Shown: piece by piece, positions 63,048 to 64,000 of the stretch
Layout: the number at the start of each line of letters is the position of its first letter
How positions within the stretch are numbered: the stretch's first letter is position 1
From: Steroidobacteraceae bacterium
Lineage (GTDB): Bacteria > Pseudomonadota > Gammaproteobacteria > Steroidobacterales > Steroidobacteraceae
NCBI GenBank assembly: GCA_035934055.1
Contig: DASYYF010000022.1
Coordinates: 4,877-68,876 of the forward strand
Direction: 5' to 3'
DNA: 64,000 bases
Program-made: the position numbers and the translations under genes
The notes under the pieces: generated by a model
The model's database searches: none
Told to the model about the DNA's origin: nothing
The model's input: the letters and a program-made list of their open reading frames with translations, nothing else

Positions 63048-63731
63048 ATGGGTCGCAAGACCACAGCCGCTGCGGTCGGGATTCAGGCCGGCGGAGCCGG
63101 GTTGCAGGGGCTCCTGCGCCTCCCGCCCCATGCGGCCTCAGTCATCCTGTTTGCGCACGGCAGCGGCAGCGGCCGGCTGAGCCCACGCAACAATTTCGTT
63201 GCCGAGCATTTGCAGCAGGCCGGGATCGCCACGCTGCTGTTCGACCTGCTCACCGAGCAGGAGGAGGAAGTCGACGCGCTCACTACGGAGCTGCGCTTCA
63301 ACATTCCCTTTCTGACCGCGCGCCTGGCGGCCGCGAGTGAATGGACCCTTCGCCAGCCGCAGCTGCGCGGGCTCGCGCTGGGCTATTTCGGGGCGAGCAC
63401 GGGAGCGGCGGCCGCGCTGGCCGCTGCCGCGGAGACTCCGGAAGTTACGGCCGTGGTCTCGCGCGGCGGCCGGCCGGACCTGGCTGGCCTCGCCCTCCCG
63501 CGGGTGCGCGCCGCGACGCTGCTCATCGTGGGCGGGAACGACCCGCAGGTCCTGGCCCTCAATCGAAAAGCACTGCAAGAGTTGCGCTGCGAGAAAGAGC
63601 TGGCGGTCGTGCCGGATGCGACGCATCTCTTCGTCGAGCCCGGCGCGCTCGAGCAGGTGACGGCGCTTGCCACAGAGTGGTTTCGCCGTCACGCCCGGCC
63701 GCATGGGGCGCCGGCGCCTGCGGATCGCTGA
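63048..63731 (+). CDS. Dienelactone-hydrolase-type alpha/beta hydrolase
   Basis: VILFAHGSGSGRLSPRNNFVAEHLQQAGIATLLFDLLT...GYFGASTGAAAAL (nucleophile elbow G-x-S-x-G)...LLIVGGND...ATHLF. Confidence 0.8.
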   Translation: MGRKTTAAAVGIQAGGAGLQGLLRLPPHAASVILFAHGSGSGRLSPRNNFVAEHLQQAGIATLLFDLLTEQEEEVDALTTELRFNIPFLTARLAAASEWTLRQPQLRGLALGYFGASTGAAAALAAAAETPEVTAVVSRGGRPDLAGLALPRVRAATLLIVGGNDPQVLALNRKALQELRCEKELAVVPDATHLFVEPGALEQVTALATEWFRRHARPHGAPAPADR

Positions 63732-63820
63732 CCAAACAAGCGCGGCGCGATATCCAGAAGATCGCGGCGCCACGCCCGCGAAGGCGCCGCCGAAAGCGGC
63801 GGGTCGCCGCAACCTGCGAC

Positions 63821-64000
63821 TCAAACAACGAGCACGACCTTGCCCGTGTTCCTGCGGGCCTCGATATAGGAGTGCGCCTCGCCTGCCTGTGCGAGCGGGA
63901 AGGTCCTGTCCACATGCGGGCGCACCCAGCCTGCATTCAGCCCCTGCATCAGGACCTTCATCCAGGCCTCGATCTTCGACGCCTCATGCCACAGGTGCCC
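63821..64000 (-). CDS. C-terminal 59 codons of a zinc-type alcohol dehydrogenase / quinone oxidoreductase family protein (rest lies outside the window)
   Basis: Hand translation of the minus strand from the window edge: GHLWHEASKIEAWMKVLMQGLNAGWVRPHVDRTFPLAQAGEAHSYIEARRNTGKVVLVV-stop. This is the typical MDR-family C-terminus and is not in the ORF track. Confidence 0.6.
   Translation of the reverse strand, partial: GHLWHEASKIEAWMKVLMQGLNAGWVRPHVDRTFPLAQAGEAHSYIEARRNTGKVVLVV

Noticed and set aside
1-64000. Search by eye for CRISPR arrays, tRNA/rRNA genes, IS elements, integrases, prophage genes and classical defence systems.
   Set aside because: I saw no regularly spaced direct repeats, no transposase/integrase/recombinase-like translations and no restriction, helicase-nuclease or toxin-antitoxin-like pairs. 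Absence cannot be proven without tRNAscan, Infernal, PADLOC or DefenseFinder runs.

Overview
High-GC (about 70% by eye) chromosomal segment from a Gram-negative, proteobacterium-like organism. It has lipoboxes, an OMP-type C-terminal Phe, and Sec and Tat leaders. I support about 60 protein-coding genes. I recognised no rRNA, tRNA, CRISPR array, transposase or integrase. Many long track ORFs are GC-driven antisense shadows of real genes. Real starts were re-picked by hand where a homology block, signal peptide or lipobox begins. Modules: (1) 0-8 kb, DNA repair and housekeeping (Ku, Ada-AlkA fusion, Ogt, DUF72, Tat-dipeptidase with exported RidA). (2) 9.4-13.1 kb, MFS / BBOX-like dioxygenase / HD-domain / AllA-like operon, a TmpA-TmpB or PhnY-PhnZ type oxidative phosphonate pathway with an extra gene. 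(3) 13-26 kb, mostly exported proteins (CAP, exported DUF711, Rap1a-like, amidase, AcpA/PLC behind a triple Pho-box-like repeat, formamidase, OMP, GGT). (4) 26.3-50.1 kb, an island whose content parallels hypoxia/dormancy regulons: NUDIX, HhH protein with FtsH, beta-CASP MBL RNase, HPF-CSD fusion, PolX, class II RNR, PncB, PRTase, APH/P-loop kinase and c-type cytochromes. It embeds a 6-gene operon linking a PRPP-synthetase homologue to a DPPR-synthase-like UbiA transferase and exported proteins, which is my best candidate for an undescribed system. The island promoters share AT-containing elements, including GAATACGSGAAAGTGC twice. (5) 50-60.5 kb, a signalling block: a 1452-aa CheB-CheR-PAS-GAF-HisKA_3 kinase, a NarL-type regulator and an archaeal-type methionine adenosyltransferase, flanked by two paralogous PAS hybrid kinases and cytochromes c. 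(6) 60.5-64 kb, WYL regulator, SRPBCC, Tat-exported class II aldolase, DLH-type hydrolase and a partial quinone oxidoreductase. All functional calls come from reading the translations. No database search was run.
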